64,000 nt of DNA from contig CAVOVB010000004.1 of NCBI GenBank assembly GCA_963699755.1, positions 128,001-192,000 of the forward strand, read 5' to 3'. Shown here in pieces: positions 28,912 through 38,010 of this stretch. The DNA comes from an uncultured delta proteobacterium (lineage in GTDB: Bacteria > Myxococcota_A > Polyangia > Polyangiales > Houyiibacteriaceae). The notes beneath the pieces were generated by a model that was given only the letters and a program-made list of their open reading frames with translations, had not been told where the DNA came from and ran no database searches. The translations under genes and the position numbers were made by a program. How positions within the stretch are numbered: position 1 is the first letter of the stretch; each line of letters begins with the position of its first letter.

Positions 28912-30159
28912 CTAGGCCATTCCGTCAAAGGGCGAGTGCTTTGCCCGCAGTCCGGGGCCCCAGAGGATGGCCTCGACGCATTCGCCTGCGACCAGCTCAG
29001 CCCTGTCGGCGGGGAGGATTACCAGAGCATTGACTCCGACGAAGGATGGCAGGGAGCCCGAGCCCTGATGCTCGTGGAGCGCGACGACGATCTCGTCTCC
29101 CTCGCGCGTGGCGATCGCGCGCGCGATTTCGACTCGGCCGGGGCGGCGATGATACGGATCGCGCAGGCGAGCCACGACCGGCTGAGGGTGGGGCTCTGGG
29201 TCTCCGAGCATCTTGCGGAGACAAGGGGCGATCAGCACCTCGAAGGTGACCATCGCGCTTATCGGATTACCGGGAACGCCGATGACCGGCTTGCCCTGGT
29301 ACAGGGCAAAGGTCAGCGGTTTGCCAGGTTTGATGCGGACCTTCCAAAACCCCGGCTCGATGCCCAGGTTCGCAAACGCTTCATGGACGAAATCGTATGC
29401 ACCCACCGACACGCCGCCCATGGTGATCACGACATCGGCCTCGAGCGCGCTTCGAAGCGCGGCTTCGATCTCTCGGAGGCTGTCGGACGCGGCCGGAAGG
29501 GGGACCGGAATCACGCCCAAGGCGCGCAGCATTTCGGTGAGGACGTAGACATTGGAGTTGACGATCGCGCCGGGCTCGAGCTCTTCGCCGAGCGCGCGCA
29601 GCTCGTCACCCGTGGAGAGCAGCGCGACCTCAGGTCGTCGATAGACCTGAACTCGGTCGATGTTCTGACTCGCAAGGAGACCGATTTCACCTGGCCAGAG
29701 GCGGTCCCCCGGACGCAGAATAACCGCGCCGGATGAAACGTCGCTTCCCCGCGCACGCACGTGGTTGGCTTTGGGTGACGCCTCTCGAATCAGAACGCGG
29801 TCACCCTCGCGCTCGCTATCTTCTTGCACGACGACCGCGTCGGCACCCACCGGCATCGGCGCCCCGGTGAAAATACGGCACGCCACGCCCGGTTCGAGCG
29901 GCGGCGGAAGCGGGCCTCCGGCGCGGGATTCGCCGCGAACCTCGAGCTCCACGGCCTTTGCCGCGCTGGCCAACTCGACATCGGTCGCGCGTACCGCGTA
30001 CCCGTCCATCGCGCTATTGTCGAAGGAGGGCGAGTCGAATCGCGCCCTCACCTCGTGCGAAAGATAGCGTCCAGACGCTTTGGTCAAATGCACCTCCTCC
30101 TCTCCCAGAGGAGAAAACGCGGGCAACATCGAAGCAAGGGCCTCAGCGATCGATCGCAT
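28912..30159 (-). CDS. moeA: Molybdopterin molybdotransferase
   Basis: NSAMDGYA, RIFTGAPMP, STGDEL, GGVSVGAYD, KPGKP, PGNPIS. Confidence 0.96.
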   Translation of the reverse strand: MRSIAEALASMLPAFSPLGEEEVHLTKASGRYLSHEVRARFDSPSFDNSAMDGYAVRATDVELASAAKAVELEVRGESRAGGPLPPPLEPGVACRIFTGAPMPVGADAVVVQEDSEREGDRVLIREASPKANHVRARGSDVSSGAVILRPGDRLWPGEIGLLASQNIDRVQVYRRPEVALLSTGDELRALGEELEPGAIVNSNVYVLTEMLRALGVIPVPLPAASDSLREIEAALRSALEADVVITMGGVSVGAYDFVHEAFANLGIEPGFWKVRIKPGKPLTFALYQGKPVIGVPGNPISAMVTFEVLIAPCLRKMLGDPEPHPQPVVARLRDPYHRRPGRVEIARAIATREGDEIVVALHEHQGSGSLPSFVGVNALVILPADRAELVAGECVEAILWGPGLRAKHSPFDGMA

Positions 30160-30196
30160 GCGAGCGTGAGCCTAGCATGCCTCGGCAACAAATCGG

Positions 30197-31084
30197 CTAG
30201 CTCGGGCGAACACAGTTGCGGCCGGCGCGCTTGGCTTCGTAAAGCTGCATGTCGGCTGCGCGAACGAAGTCGTATGCACGCCAGTGCGGCTGAAGCTGAG
30301 CTACCCCGCAGGAAATCGTGACGCCGATGTATTCGTCCTCGAAGATGAGGGATTCGCCGTCGATGATCTTCCGAAGCTCATCGGCAATGCGGATACCCCC
30401 TCCGAGATCGGTCTCGGGCAATACGATCGCGAGCTCCTCACCGCCGTACCTCGCGATCACGTCGTCAGGACGAATCCGACTCTTCGCAAGCTGCGCGATT
30501 TCCTTCAAGACGTAGTCCCCCGCCAGGTGACCGAACTCGTCGTTGACCAGCTTGAAGTGATCGATGTCGCAAATCACGATAGTCAGAGGGCGTCCGTGAC
30601 GTATTGCGCGCGACAGCTCCCGGTCGAGCTGCTCGACGAGGTAGCGCTTGTTGTGGATGCCGGTGAGGCCATCCATGATGGTCATGCGGTAGATTGTCTC
30701 GTGGTATTGCGACTCGAGGTCGGCGCCACTCAGAAACTTCAGAATCGTATCGCCGATCTTGATCTGATCCCCGCGGCGAAGTTGGCACCGCTGCACGAGC
30801 TCGTCATTGACGTAAGTGCCGTTGGTCGAATGCATGTCCACGAGGTGGTAGACCCCCGACCGGATCTCGATGCGTGCATGTTGCCGGGAAATGCTATCGC
30901 TGTGCAGGACGACGCTGTTTTCGATACCGCGGCCAATCCTGACCTCGCCATCGACCAAGGAGAATCGCTTTCCGAGTTGCTTGCTGCTCGGCGCGTAGAT
31001 CACGACCAGGCAGTCCTGCCCTGCTCCCGCCGTGATGTGAGGCTGCGAAAAGGGGGCAACCCTCGTCTTGATCTCGCTGTCCAC
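30197..31084 (-). CDS. FHA-GGDEF diguanylate cyclase
   Basis: FHA (IGR, SRQHA, STNGT); DGLTG, DIDHFK, I-site RPDD, RYGGEEL; GTG start at 31084 after TTGACG-17 nt-TACCCT. Confidence 0.92.
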   Translation of the reverse strand: MDSEIKTRVAPFSQPHITAGAGQDCLVVIYAPSSKQLGKRFSLVDGEVRIGRGIENSVVLHSDSISRQHARIEIRSGVYHLVDMHSTNGTYVNDELVQRCQLRRGDQIKIGDTILKFLSGADLESQYHETIYRMTIMDGLTGIHNKRYLVEQLDRELSRAIRHGRPLTIVICDIDHFKLVNDEFGHLAGDYVLKEIAQLAKSRIRPDDVIARYGGEELAIVLPETDLGGGIRIADELRKIIDGESLIFEDEYIGVTISCGVAQLQPHWRAYDFVRAADMQLYEAKRAGRNCVRPS

Positions 31085-31119
31085 GGTCCACCTAAGGGTA
31101 GATAGGGCACAATGCGGCG

Positions 31120-31677
31120 TCAATGTCGGCGGATGAAGGCCATGTTGCGCTGATTGATCCAAACGTGCGCCAAGACCGGACCCCAGAGCACGCCCGTGAG
31201 CTCGAAAATCGCCCCGAGCAAGAGCCCCATGACGACGGCCCAACCGGCCCAGGCCAAGAAGACCTTCTTCGGCCCTACGTGAAGTGCGCCGAAGACCAGC
31301 GAGGCGGGAAGCAAGCCGAGGGCGGGCTGGAGCGCGCCGCGAAAGAAGAGCTCCTCACCAAGACCGGAGGCGAGGGCTAGCAGGGTGATCTCAGCGGACG
31401 AAAGCGGGCTGATGATCTCTTTGAGCGCGACGTGGAGCGCGTGCGCCCAGTTCGTTCGTTCGACGAGGGGTGGTGTCGCCGCCACGACGAGGAGGGCCAG
31501 CACGAGACCCAACACGAGCGAGAGCGAGAGGCGGAATGGATAAGGCGCGGAGAGCCACGACGAGTCGAGTGACCAAGCGAAACGGCCGCCCCCAAACCAG
31601 GCCCAAGCGAGCCCCAGCAGGGAGAGCGGTACGTAAACGATCAGCGCGAATCGGGTGATCGGTGTAGGCGATGGCAA
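31120..31677 (-). CDS. CPBP (Abi/CAAX) intramembrane metalloprotease
   Basis: EELFFRG, FGALH, HVWIN; multiple TMs; start approximate. Confidence 0.85.
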   Translation of the reverse strand: MPSPTPITRFALIVYVPLSLLGLAWAWFGGGRFAWSLDSSWLSAPYPFRLSLSLVLGLVLALLVVAATPPLVERTNWAHALHVALKEIISPLSSAEITLLALASGLGEELFFRGALQPALGLLPASLVFGALHVGPKKVFLAWAGWAVVMGLLLGAIFELTGVLWGPVLAHVWINQRNMAFIRRH

Positions 31678-31734
31678 GGTCGAGCGGGATGTATCAAAGT
31701 GCCCATCGAGCCGCAATGCAAGCGAGACGCAGAT

Positions 31735-31764
31735 TTGACACGCCAGTGGGGCGCGGAGTACTAG
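31735..31764 (+). promoter_or_regulatory. Putative sigma70 promoter of the HD-GYP gene
   Basis: TTGACA-18 nt-TACTAG. Confidence 0.5.
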
Positions 31765-31780
31765 CCAGGACCATAGGCGC

Positions 31781-33310
31781 ATGAGCGGACTGCCCGGCGA
31801 AGATGTCGCGAAGGTTCTCGTGGTCGACGACGAAGAAGTGATCCGGGAGATTCTCGCGGACTTCCTGACCATGGAGGGGTTCTACGTTCGCACCGCGGGG
31901 GATGGAAGCGACGCCCTCGTCGAGCTCTCGCGCGACCGATTCGACCTGGTCCTGAGCGACCTGAAGATGCCGAACATGGGCGGCCTGGAGCTGCTGGGCG
32001 CCATTCGCAAACACGCGCCGCAGGTCGTGACGATCATCATGACGGGATTCGGGACGGTCGAAACCGCGATCGAAGCGATGAAACAAGGTGCCTACGACTA
32101 TGTTCTCAAGCCCTTCAAAGTAGAAGAGGTCGTCCACACGATCAGGCGCGGACTCGAGAAGCAGCGGCTCCAGGCCGAAAACTTCCGACTCAAGGAGGCA
32201 CTTTCGCTCTACAAGGTCAGCGAGGCCATAGCGGCGAGTCTCTCCTTGGAGCAGGTGGTGCACACCTTGACCCGAGCCGCAATCGACGAGGTCGACTCCG
32301 ACTTGGTCACCGTGCTTCTGAGCGACGGCGGTGGAAGCTTCTATCGTCGAAATACCGAGCTCAATCCAAACTTCCGACTGCGACGCGAACCCGACCCGCT
32401 CAGCGTCGAGGCGCTGGGCGAGCACTTCGTCGACGCGCCTGCACTCCTCGAACATGGCGAGCGCTGCTGGCGCTATTTCGAAGCGCTGGGAGAGGAGCCG
32501 TCTCCTCATTCCCTTGCCGTGGCACGGCTGACCGCACGTGGAGAAACGATCGGGTTTCTATGCGCGCTCAGCTACACCAAGGGCAAGCGCTTCGACGAGG
32601 GCCAACGAAAGCTCCTACACGCCACCGCAGACCGCGCGTCCGCCGCAATCGAAAACGCGCGGCTCTACGAGGACCTGCAAGCGACGTTCAAGCAGACCAT
32701 TCGCGGGCTAGCTAGCGCGATCGACAAGATGGATCGGTACACGGCCGGCCACTCTGCACGCGTCGCCGCCTATGCGCAGATTCTCGCGATCAAGCTCGGT
32801 CTCAGCGATGCCGACATCGAAATCGTCCGCCAGTCGGCGCTCATGCACGACATCGGCAAAATTGGCTGCGTGATGAACCTCAACAAGCCCGGCAAGCTCT
32901 CGCAGCAGGAATACGAGATCTTCAAGCAGCATCCTGAGCACGGTCGTGACATCTTGCAGCCCATCGAATTCCTTCACCCTCTCATTCCTGGCGTGCATCT
33001 GCACCATGAGCGCTGGGACGGGCTTGGTTACCCGCTCGGGCTTCAGGGCAACGATGTGCCGCTCGTTGCGCGCGTCATCGCCGTAGCAGACACCTACGAT
33101 GCCATGACAAGTGACCGCGCCTACCGGAAGGCGCTCCACCACGACATCGCGATCTCCGAAATCAATCGCTGCGGCGGAAGCCAATTCGACCCAGAGCTCG
33201 CACACGGCTTTCTGCAATCGCTCGAAGAATTTCGCAAGGAAGGAAGAACCCTCAAAGAGTTTCCCGACGTGCGGGAAACGCGATCGGGCATCATGGCGCC
33301 AAGTAGGTAA
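31781..33310 (+). CDS. REC-GAF-HD-GYP cyclic dinucleotide phosphodiesterase
   Basis: Receiver (VVDDE, SDLKMP, KPF), GAF, GHSARV, MHDIGK, HHERWDGLGYP, ADTYDAM. Confidence 0.93.
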   Translation: MSGLPGEDVAKVLVVDDEEVIREILADFLTMEGFYVRTAGDGSDALVELSRDRFDLVLSDLKMPNMGGLELLGAIRKHAPQVVTIIMTGFGTVETAIEAMKQGAYDYVLKPFKVEEVVHTIRRGLEKQRLQAENFRLKEALSLYKVSEAIAASLSLEQVVHTLTRAAIDEVDSDLVTVLLSDGGGSFYRRNTELNPNFRLRREPDPLSVEALGEHFVDAPALLEHGERCWRYFEALGEEPSPHSLAVARLTARGETIGFLCALSYTKGKRFDEGQRKLLHATADRASAAIENARLYEDLQATFKQTIRGLASAIDKMDRYTAGHSARVAAYAQILAIKLGLSDADIEIVRQSALMHDIGKIGCVMNLNKPGKLSQQEYEIFKQHPEHGRDILQPIEFLHPLIPGVHLHHERWDGLGYPLGLQGNDVPLVARVIAVADTYDAMTSDRAYRKALHHDIAISEINRCGGSQFDPELAHGFLQSLEEFRKEGRTLKEFPDVRETRSGIMAPSR

Positions 33311-33722
33311 CTGCGCTGATCGGGGGCTCGGGCATCGCGAATGCCGCGTTCCAGCGGCGCGAAGACACAGGCGCCGACCAGCGCCTCGTGATGGGAGCGT
33401 AGTTGGGCAACTCGAAGCGCGTGACGAGCGTGATCCTCGGGCCGCCGGCGACCCTGAGGCTTCGTGGCGAGACGGAAACCAGAGTCAGCGTTTGAGCGGG
33501 GCCGATCGACGGATCGGTGTAGTCGAGCTCGCCTAGACCCTCGGACGCGAGCCGGCGGATGGTGATTTCGTCGCGGAAAGACCGTGTGGTCGTGACGACG
33601 TGAGCACGCCCGTCCTTGGATTCGGTTGGGCCGGTCGCGAATTGGGGCGGATTACCCAATTGATCGCAAGCAACCAGCAGGCCGAGCAGCCCGATGAAGC
33701 ACGCGAGCCTAGTTCGACTCAC
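33291..33722 (-). CDS. Hypothetical lipoprotein
   Basis: GTG start, signal peptide with lipobox LVAC; overlaps the upstream gene end. Confidence 0.6.
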   Translation of the reverse strand: MSRTRLACFIGLLGLLVACDQLGNPPQFATGPTESKDGRAHVVTTTRSFRDEITIRRLASEGLGELDYTDPSIGPAQTLTLVSVSPRSLRVAGGPRITLVTRFELPNYAPITRRWSAPVSSRRWNAAFAMPEPPISAVTYLAP

Positions 33723-35385
33723 GGCTTCGCTCTCGCGCGACGTCCTGCTCGGTGGCGACGCCTGGCACGGGCAGCTGGGCGTCTCCAACGTCTTCCTTGT
33801 CCTGCCAGGGGTACTTGATGCGGTTGTGGTTGGCATTGCAAAGCGTGTCGATCAGCGTGCTCTGAATTACCCGCAGATCTTCCATCGTGAGTCCACACTC
33901 GTCGAGCTGACCTTGGCGCAATTTGACGTTCATCACACGCTGCACGATCGCCTCGAACTTCTCGCGGCTGGGCTCAGCCACCGTCCGTGCGGCGGCTTCG
34001 ATCGCGTCGACCAGCATCAAGATGGCGGTCTCTTTGGTGCGTGGCCGCATGCCCGGGTATCGGAACGCAGCTTCGGAAAGCCCCTTTTGGTTCCCCTCTT
34101 CCAAGCACTTGTGCCAGAAGTACTCGATCACGCTGGTTCCATGATGCGTGTACGCGAACTCCACGATTGGTTCGGGGATGCCTCCCTCTCGAAGAATTCG
34201 CACACCCTCGACCACGTGTGCCATGATCGCGTCTGCGCTCACATCCGGATCCAAGTCGGCGTGCGGGGAGGGCTCGCCCGAAACCAGGTTCTCGACGTAG
34301 TACTTCGGCTGAATCGTCTTGCCGAGGTCGTGGTAGTAGGCGCCGACACGGGTGAGCAGAGCGTCCGCGCCGACCACGGCGGCCGCACCTTCGGCGAGGT
34401 TTGCCATCGCTCTGGCGTGCTGCCAGGACCCGGGCGCGTCGCGCGACATCTTGCGCAAGAGGGGATGGTCGACGTCGGTGAGATCCTGGAGGCGGCGACG
34501 CGCGACGACTCCAAGGGCGGCCGTTGCGACCCGCTGTAGGGCCACGGCGAGCACGCCCGAAATCATTCCGCCCGCGATGGTCGAAAGGAGCGTCGACTCG
34601 TTGAGCTTGGCCAAGTCGGCAATGACGTCGATCTCTTTTCCCACCGACATCGCGACGACGATCAAGACCAAGGCCGCGAAAAGGCCTGCGGCCGTGCCGG
34701 CGACGAGCATGTCGGTGGCGTGCTTGCGGTCATAGAAGAAGACCACCACGCCAAGCGTGGTCGCGAGATAGACGACGACCACGGGCATCGAGAAGTTCAA
34801 AAACGATGCGCAGACGAGTGTGATGACCAGGCCCGACGCGGTCGCGGACGCCCGATTGAAGTAGAGCGCCGCCCACAGGGGCACGGTTGCCAAAGGCAAC
34901 AAGAAAGGAGACAGCCCGGTGAACAGCAGAAGGACCTTCGCGCCGAGGCAAGTCACTCCGATCAGCACGAGAAGGCCTGACTGTGTTCGCAGCAATCCGC
35001 CACGGCCGCCTGTGAACAAGCGCAAATACGCGAGAAAGATATAGGCGATCAGGAAATAGCTAATCCACACGCCCAGCAGGGTGCTCTGGTCTGGAGGACG
35101 ACGTTCCCGTTCGAAGGCCCGAACCACGCGCTGAGTCGCGGGATCATCGACGACCTCGCCGCGAGGGATCACGAGCGGCTCGGGCAGGCCGCGATTCCTT
35201 CTCAGGAGGTCCTGCGGCAGATAGCTACTCGGGATCCGCAGTGCGACTGGAGCTGGGCGCGCCGGATCCACACGAAGTGGCTCGAGGACGACCTCGACCT
35301 GACTTGCGAGCGTAATGAGCGAGGCGAAGACAGCACTCAGGATCAAGCCCGAGGTACGACCAGCGATGAGGCGTGTGCGGAGCAT
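33709..35385 (-). CDS. 7TM-HD (HDIG) phosphohydrolase, PgpH-like
   Basis: Multi-TM region followed by APGSWQH, YYHDLGK, HHGT, LVDAIEAA. Confidence 0.88.
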   Translation of the reverse strand: MLRTRLIAGRTSGLILSAVFASLITLASQVEVVLEPLRVDPARPAPVALRIPSSYLPQDLLRRNRGLPEPLVIPRGEVVDDPATQRVVRAFERERRPPDQSTLLGVWISYFLIAYIFLAYLRLFTGGRGGLLRTQSGLLVLIGVTCLGAKVLLLFTGLSPFLLPLATVPLWAALYFNRASATASGLVITLVCASFLNFSMPVVVVYLATTLGVVVFFYDRKHATDMLVAGTAAGLFAALVLIVVAMSVGKEIDVIADLAKLNESTLLSTIAGGMISGVLAVALQRVATAALGVVARRRLQDLTDVDHPLLRKMSRDAPGSWQHARAMANLAEGAAAVVGADALLTRVGAYYHDLGKTIQPKYYVENLVSGEPSPHADLDPDVSADAIMAHVVEGVRILREGGIPEPIVEFAYTHHGTSVIEYFWHKCLEEGNQKGLSEAAFRYPGMRPRTKETAILMLVDAIEAAARTVAEPSREKFEAIVQRVMNVKLRQGQLDECGLTMEDLRVIQSTLIDTLCNANHNRIKYPWQDKEDVGDAQLPVPGVATEQDVARERSRESN

Positions 35386-35414
35386 CGTATGGGAATCATC
35401 CCGCCGAGGGGACC

Positions 35415-36320
35415 CTAGTGAGCCGCCTCCGCGGATTCAAGTGTCTCTGTGCCTCGTCGCCCCAACATCTCGCCTGCTGACCCCTCGAACGCCAGGATAC
35501 CGAATCGTCGCGGCACATGGAAATCGCCAATTCTCGGTGGGGACCATGCGGCGGCCTGCTGCCGGTCTGCACCGAGGTCCATCACATAGAGGTTTGCACG
35601 CCATTCGTCCCCGATTGCGGGCGGCGGAAAGGAGCTCCCGTCGAGACTGAACGCCTGCCACGGGATCGCGATTTCGATGGCGTATCCCGCATCGGGCTCA
35701 CGATCGTCGATCTTTCCGCGTGCTGACACACCGATTCGGATTTTGCTGTCCCAGTCGACATGTCCGAAGGGCCTGGGAACGCGCCGCGAATCGTATCGGG
35801 TGTCGAAGACCACGCCGCGCGGTGAGACCTGGATTTCGAAATAGCTCTTCTCGTCGCCATCGGGATCGACCATCAGCTCGACGCAGTCCTGTTCCCAGAG
35901 GTGCTCGTCGCGTCGCGTATGGCTCGCGCGGAGCAAGGCGTCCTTCACGTCGACACCCACGTACAAGTAGTGAGCATCCCAAAGAAGCTTTGCAGAAGCC
36001 TGAATGCCCGCGACGCCTCCTTCACGCGTTTCGACGAACGCGCGACTAGCCTTCGCAAGCTCCCAGACGGACTCGTCGAATGAGCCGTCCAACTTTGGCG
36101 AGCGTTCGGTCTGGAGAACCGCGAGTCTGGGCAGAGCGTGTTGCTTGCCGCCTGGGTTGTTGCCGTTGGCAGTCGAGATGCTCGCTGCCAGCGCTCGGCG
36201 CTCCGCATCTGCGATCTGATCACCAGCTTGTAGGCGCTCCGCGTCGCTCGTACATGCTGCGATCGAACCGAGGGAAAGAAAGGCCCAGCAGAGCCTGAAA
36301 GGCACGAGGCTCGCGTTCAT
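35415..36320 (-). CDS. CBM9/DOMON-like carbohydrate-binding lipoprotein
   Basis: Lipobox IAAC; PKLDG..DE..W, LLWD..YLYV, LWEQDCVE, EIAIPW, DFH.P. Confidence 0.8.
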   Translation of the reverse strand: MNASLVPFRLCWAFLSLGSIAACTSDAERLQAGDQIADAERRALAASISTANGNNPGGKQHALPRLAVLQTERSPKLDGSFDESVWELAKASRAFVETREGGVAGIQASAKLLWDAHYLYVGVDVKDALLRASHTRRDEHLWEQDCVELMVDPDGDEKSYFEIQVSPRGVVFDTRYDSRRVPRPFGHVDWDSKIRIGVSARGKIDDREPDAGYAIEIAIPWQAFSLDGSSFPPPAIGDEWRANLYVMDLGADRQQAAAWSPPRIGDFHVPRRFGILAFEGSAGEMLGRRGTETLESAEAAH

Positions 36321-37900
36321 CGCCGCGACTTGCGGCGTGACTTCTGCTGCATCTTTCGTTTCGATTTCTTTTTGCCCTTGTCGACGACGCGGCGAGGCGC
36401 CTGTGGTCCGCCTGGCCCGAAACCGCCTTGCCCTGCGACCGCTGCTTCGAGCAAAGAGTCCGCGAGGTTCGCCATCATCGGGTTGCCCTCGAGCCCGCCG
36501 GTCTTGACCGCCTCGCGAAGTCGATTCGCCGCCGCCATCTGCTTCATGCCCGGAATCTTGGAAAGCATGCCGGCCTGCGAGCCGATACTCCCCATCATCT
36601 GCTTCATGAATGCAAAGCGTTGAAGGATCTCGGCGACCTGCTTCTCGCTCGTGCCGGAGCCCTTGGCGACGCGCACGAGACGCGCTGGCTGCTTTTGGAA
36701 GAGCTCGGCCGTGGCGCGCTCCTGCCGAGTCATCGAGCTCACGATCGCCTTGATTTGGCCGATTTCACGCTCGTCGACCTGAAAGCCTTCGGGCATGCTG
36801 TCGGCGAAAAACGGAACCTTGTCGAGCAGGTCCTGAAGCGGGCCCATGTTTTGCAAAGTCTGAAGCTGCTCGAGGAAATCATCGAGCGTGAACTGACCGC
36901 GCAGCATCCGCTTGGCGTCTTGCTCAGCCTTCTTCTCGTCGACGACCTCCTCGAAGTCTTTCATCAGGCCGACGACATCACCCATACCGAGAATGCGGCT
37001 CGCCATGCCGTCGGCACGGAACTCCTCGAGCCGGTCGAGCGCCTCGCCGGTGCCGGCAAATTTCACTGCCGTCCCGGTCGCGTTCTTGATCGAAATCGCG
37101 GCTCCACCGCGCGCGTCACCATCGAGCTTGGTCAGGATGACGCCGCTCAAGCCGAGCAAGTCGTGGAAAGACTTCGCGGTCTTCACCGAGTCCTGGCCGA
37201 TCATGGCATCGACGACGAGAAATACATTCTGCGGATTGACCGACGCACGAATCTCATCAAGCTCCTTCATGAGCGCTTCGTCGATCGCGAGGCGGCCGGC
37301 AGTGTCGTAGATTACCGTGTCGCATTTAAGCTTCTTTGCGTGAGCGAGACCGCGCTTGCAGATCTCGAGCGGGAGCCCGCCGGGAATTGAGAAGACCGGA
37401 ACGTTGATTTGCTCGCCGAGGACCTGAAGCTGCTCAATTGCGCCTGGACGGGCGACGTCAGCGGCGACGAGCAGAGGTTTGCGCGCCTTGTTCGTTTCGA
37501 GCAGCCGCGCCAGCTTCGCCGAGCTGGTCGTCTTACCCGACCCTTGGAGCCCAACCATCATGATGCCTGTCGGCTTCGGCTTCTTGGCGAACTCCACCGG
37601 CTCGCCTTCGAAGGCCATCATCGACTCGAGCTCGTCCTGGCAGATCTTCACGAACCGCTCGGCGGGGCCGATCTTGAGCCTGCGCTTCGCCGACTTCGCC
37701 GAGGTCTCCACGACGGTGCCGATGGCTTTTTCCTTCACCCGCGAGAGAAACGCCTTGGTGACGCCGAACTCGACGTCGGCTTCGAGCAAGGACAGGCGTA
37801 CGTCGCGGAGCGCCTGATCGATGTTCTCTTCGGTGAGCTCGGTGACTCCGGCGAGGCGATTGCGGGCGTTACGAAAGCCCTTTGTGAGCGTCTCAAACAT
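36317..37900 (-). CDS. ffh: Signal recognition particle protein
   Basis: LLEADV, GLQGSGKTT, DTAGRL, TKLDGDARGGAA, RILGMGD, Met-rich M domain; ATG 37900. Confidence 0.97.
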   Translation of the reverse strand: MFETLTKGFRNARNRLAGVTELTEENIDQALRDVRLSLLEADVEFGVTKAFLSRVKEKAIGTVVETSAKSAKRRLKIGPAERFVKICQDELESMMAFEGEPVEFAKKPKPTGIMMVGLQGSGKTTSSAKLARLLETNKARKPLLVAADVARPGAIEQLQVLGEQINVPVFSIPGGLPLEICKRGLAHAKKLKCDTVIYDTAGRLAIDEALMKELDEIRASVNPQNVFLVVDAMIGQDSVKTAKSFHDLLGLSGVILTKLDGDARGGAAISIKNATGTAVKFAGTGEALDRLEEFRADGMASRILGMGDVVGLMKDFEEVVDEKKAEQDAKRMLRGQFTLDDFLEQLQTLQNMGPLQDLLDKVPFFADSMPEGFQVDEREIGQIKAIVSSMTRQERATAELFQKQPARLVRVAKGSGTSEKQVAEILQRFAFMKQMMGSIGSQAGMLSKIPGMKQMAAANRLREAVKTGGLEGNPMMANLADSLLEAAVAGQGGFGPGGPQAPRRVVDKGKKKSKRKMQQKSRRKSRR

Positions 37901-38010
37901 GAGGGAATTGTTTCGGGGGCTGCGGCTCGGCGCGTAGCATGCGGCGAAGCCGACGCGCAACCTGCTTCACGCCTTGACCTCTGGTTTCGGGCGTTGGATG
38001 GTGCCCGGAC

